DNA of 5,258 nt from a virus: the UHGV virus genome UHGV-0236308; one strand, given 5' to 3'. The notes beneath the pieces were generated by a model, which saw nothing but the letters and a program-made list of their open reading frames with translations, did not search any database and was not told where the DNA came from. Below are positions 5,019 to 5,258 of this stretch, in pieces (the stretch's first letter is position 1; the number at the start of each line of letters is the position of its first letter). The translations under genes and the position numbers were made by a program.

Positions 5019-5258
5019 ATGCCATGCTATTCACCAATGATAGGATGGCGAAAGAAGGACGGTACCGTGTATATATACGGGGACCTCCGCAACGAAAACT
5101 GGAAGACGGCGCCGGAATCACTTTTGAGTAAGGGAGTCAATCCCTACACGGATGAAAGAATTATCATACCATGCGGCAAGTGTACCGGCTGCCGTCTCGA
5201 GTATTCGAAACAGTGGGCCGACAGATGTTACCTCGAAGCCAAAATGTGGAAAGCAAAT
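5019..5258 (+). CDS. VP4: Replication initiator VP4, N-terminal 80 aa (continues at position 1)
   Basis: SD GGAGGA at 5007-5012 and ATG at 5019. Translation MPCYSPMIGW...IIIPCGKCTGCRLEYSKQWADRCYLEAKMWKAN contains the MPC start and the PCGxCxGCR...W..R motif typical of microvirus VP4. The 240 nt are exactly 80 codons with no stop. Missed by the ORF track because it is open-ended. Confidence 0.95.
   Translation, partial: MPCYSPMIGWRKKDGTVYIYGDLRNENWKTAPESLLSKGVNPYTDERIIIPCGKCTGCRLEYSKQWADRCYLEAKMWKAN

Larger units (their letters stand above)
1..5258 (+). mobile_element. Complete circular Microviridae (Gokushovirinae-like) ssDNA phage genome
   Basis: Carries a full set of co-oriented VP1/VP2/VP3/VP4/VP5/VP8-like genes. 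The Rep ORF reads through the end-to-start junction in frame (...KMWKAN|YWLTLTY...). Size is typical and there are no host genes. Confidence 0.96.

Overview
The window looks like a complete circular genome (5258 nt) of a gokushovirus-like Microviridae ssDNA phage, linearised inside the replication gene. The ORF starting at ATG 5019 reads in frame across the 5258/1 junction and ends at 777, giving a 338-aa VP4/Rep. All credible genes are on the + strand, in this order: VP4 (Rep), a terminator and hairpin cluster, an extended -10 promoter, three small unknown ORFs (104, 52 and 57 aa), a VP8-like basic protein, VP5, VP3 scaffold, VP1 major capsid, VP2 DNA pilot, and a 15-bp hairpin (probable origin). 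Strong GGAGG-type SD sites and a TGnTATAAT promoter suggest a Firmicutes-like host (inference). The most notable observations are: (1) VP2 has nine 11-aa helical repeats followed by nine 5-aa Gly repeats whose type order is an exact mirror image, suggesting a fold-back helix/strand architecture; (2) a promoter-proximal cassette of three orphan genes, one resembling a mini winged-HTH; (3) near-total GATC avoidance, with the only site inside a low-GC VP1 insertion; (4) an A-rich, T-poor coding strand with a nick-like motif on the minus strand. All family assignments come from motif recognition by eye; no database search was run.
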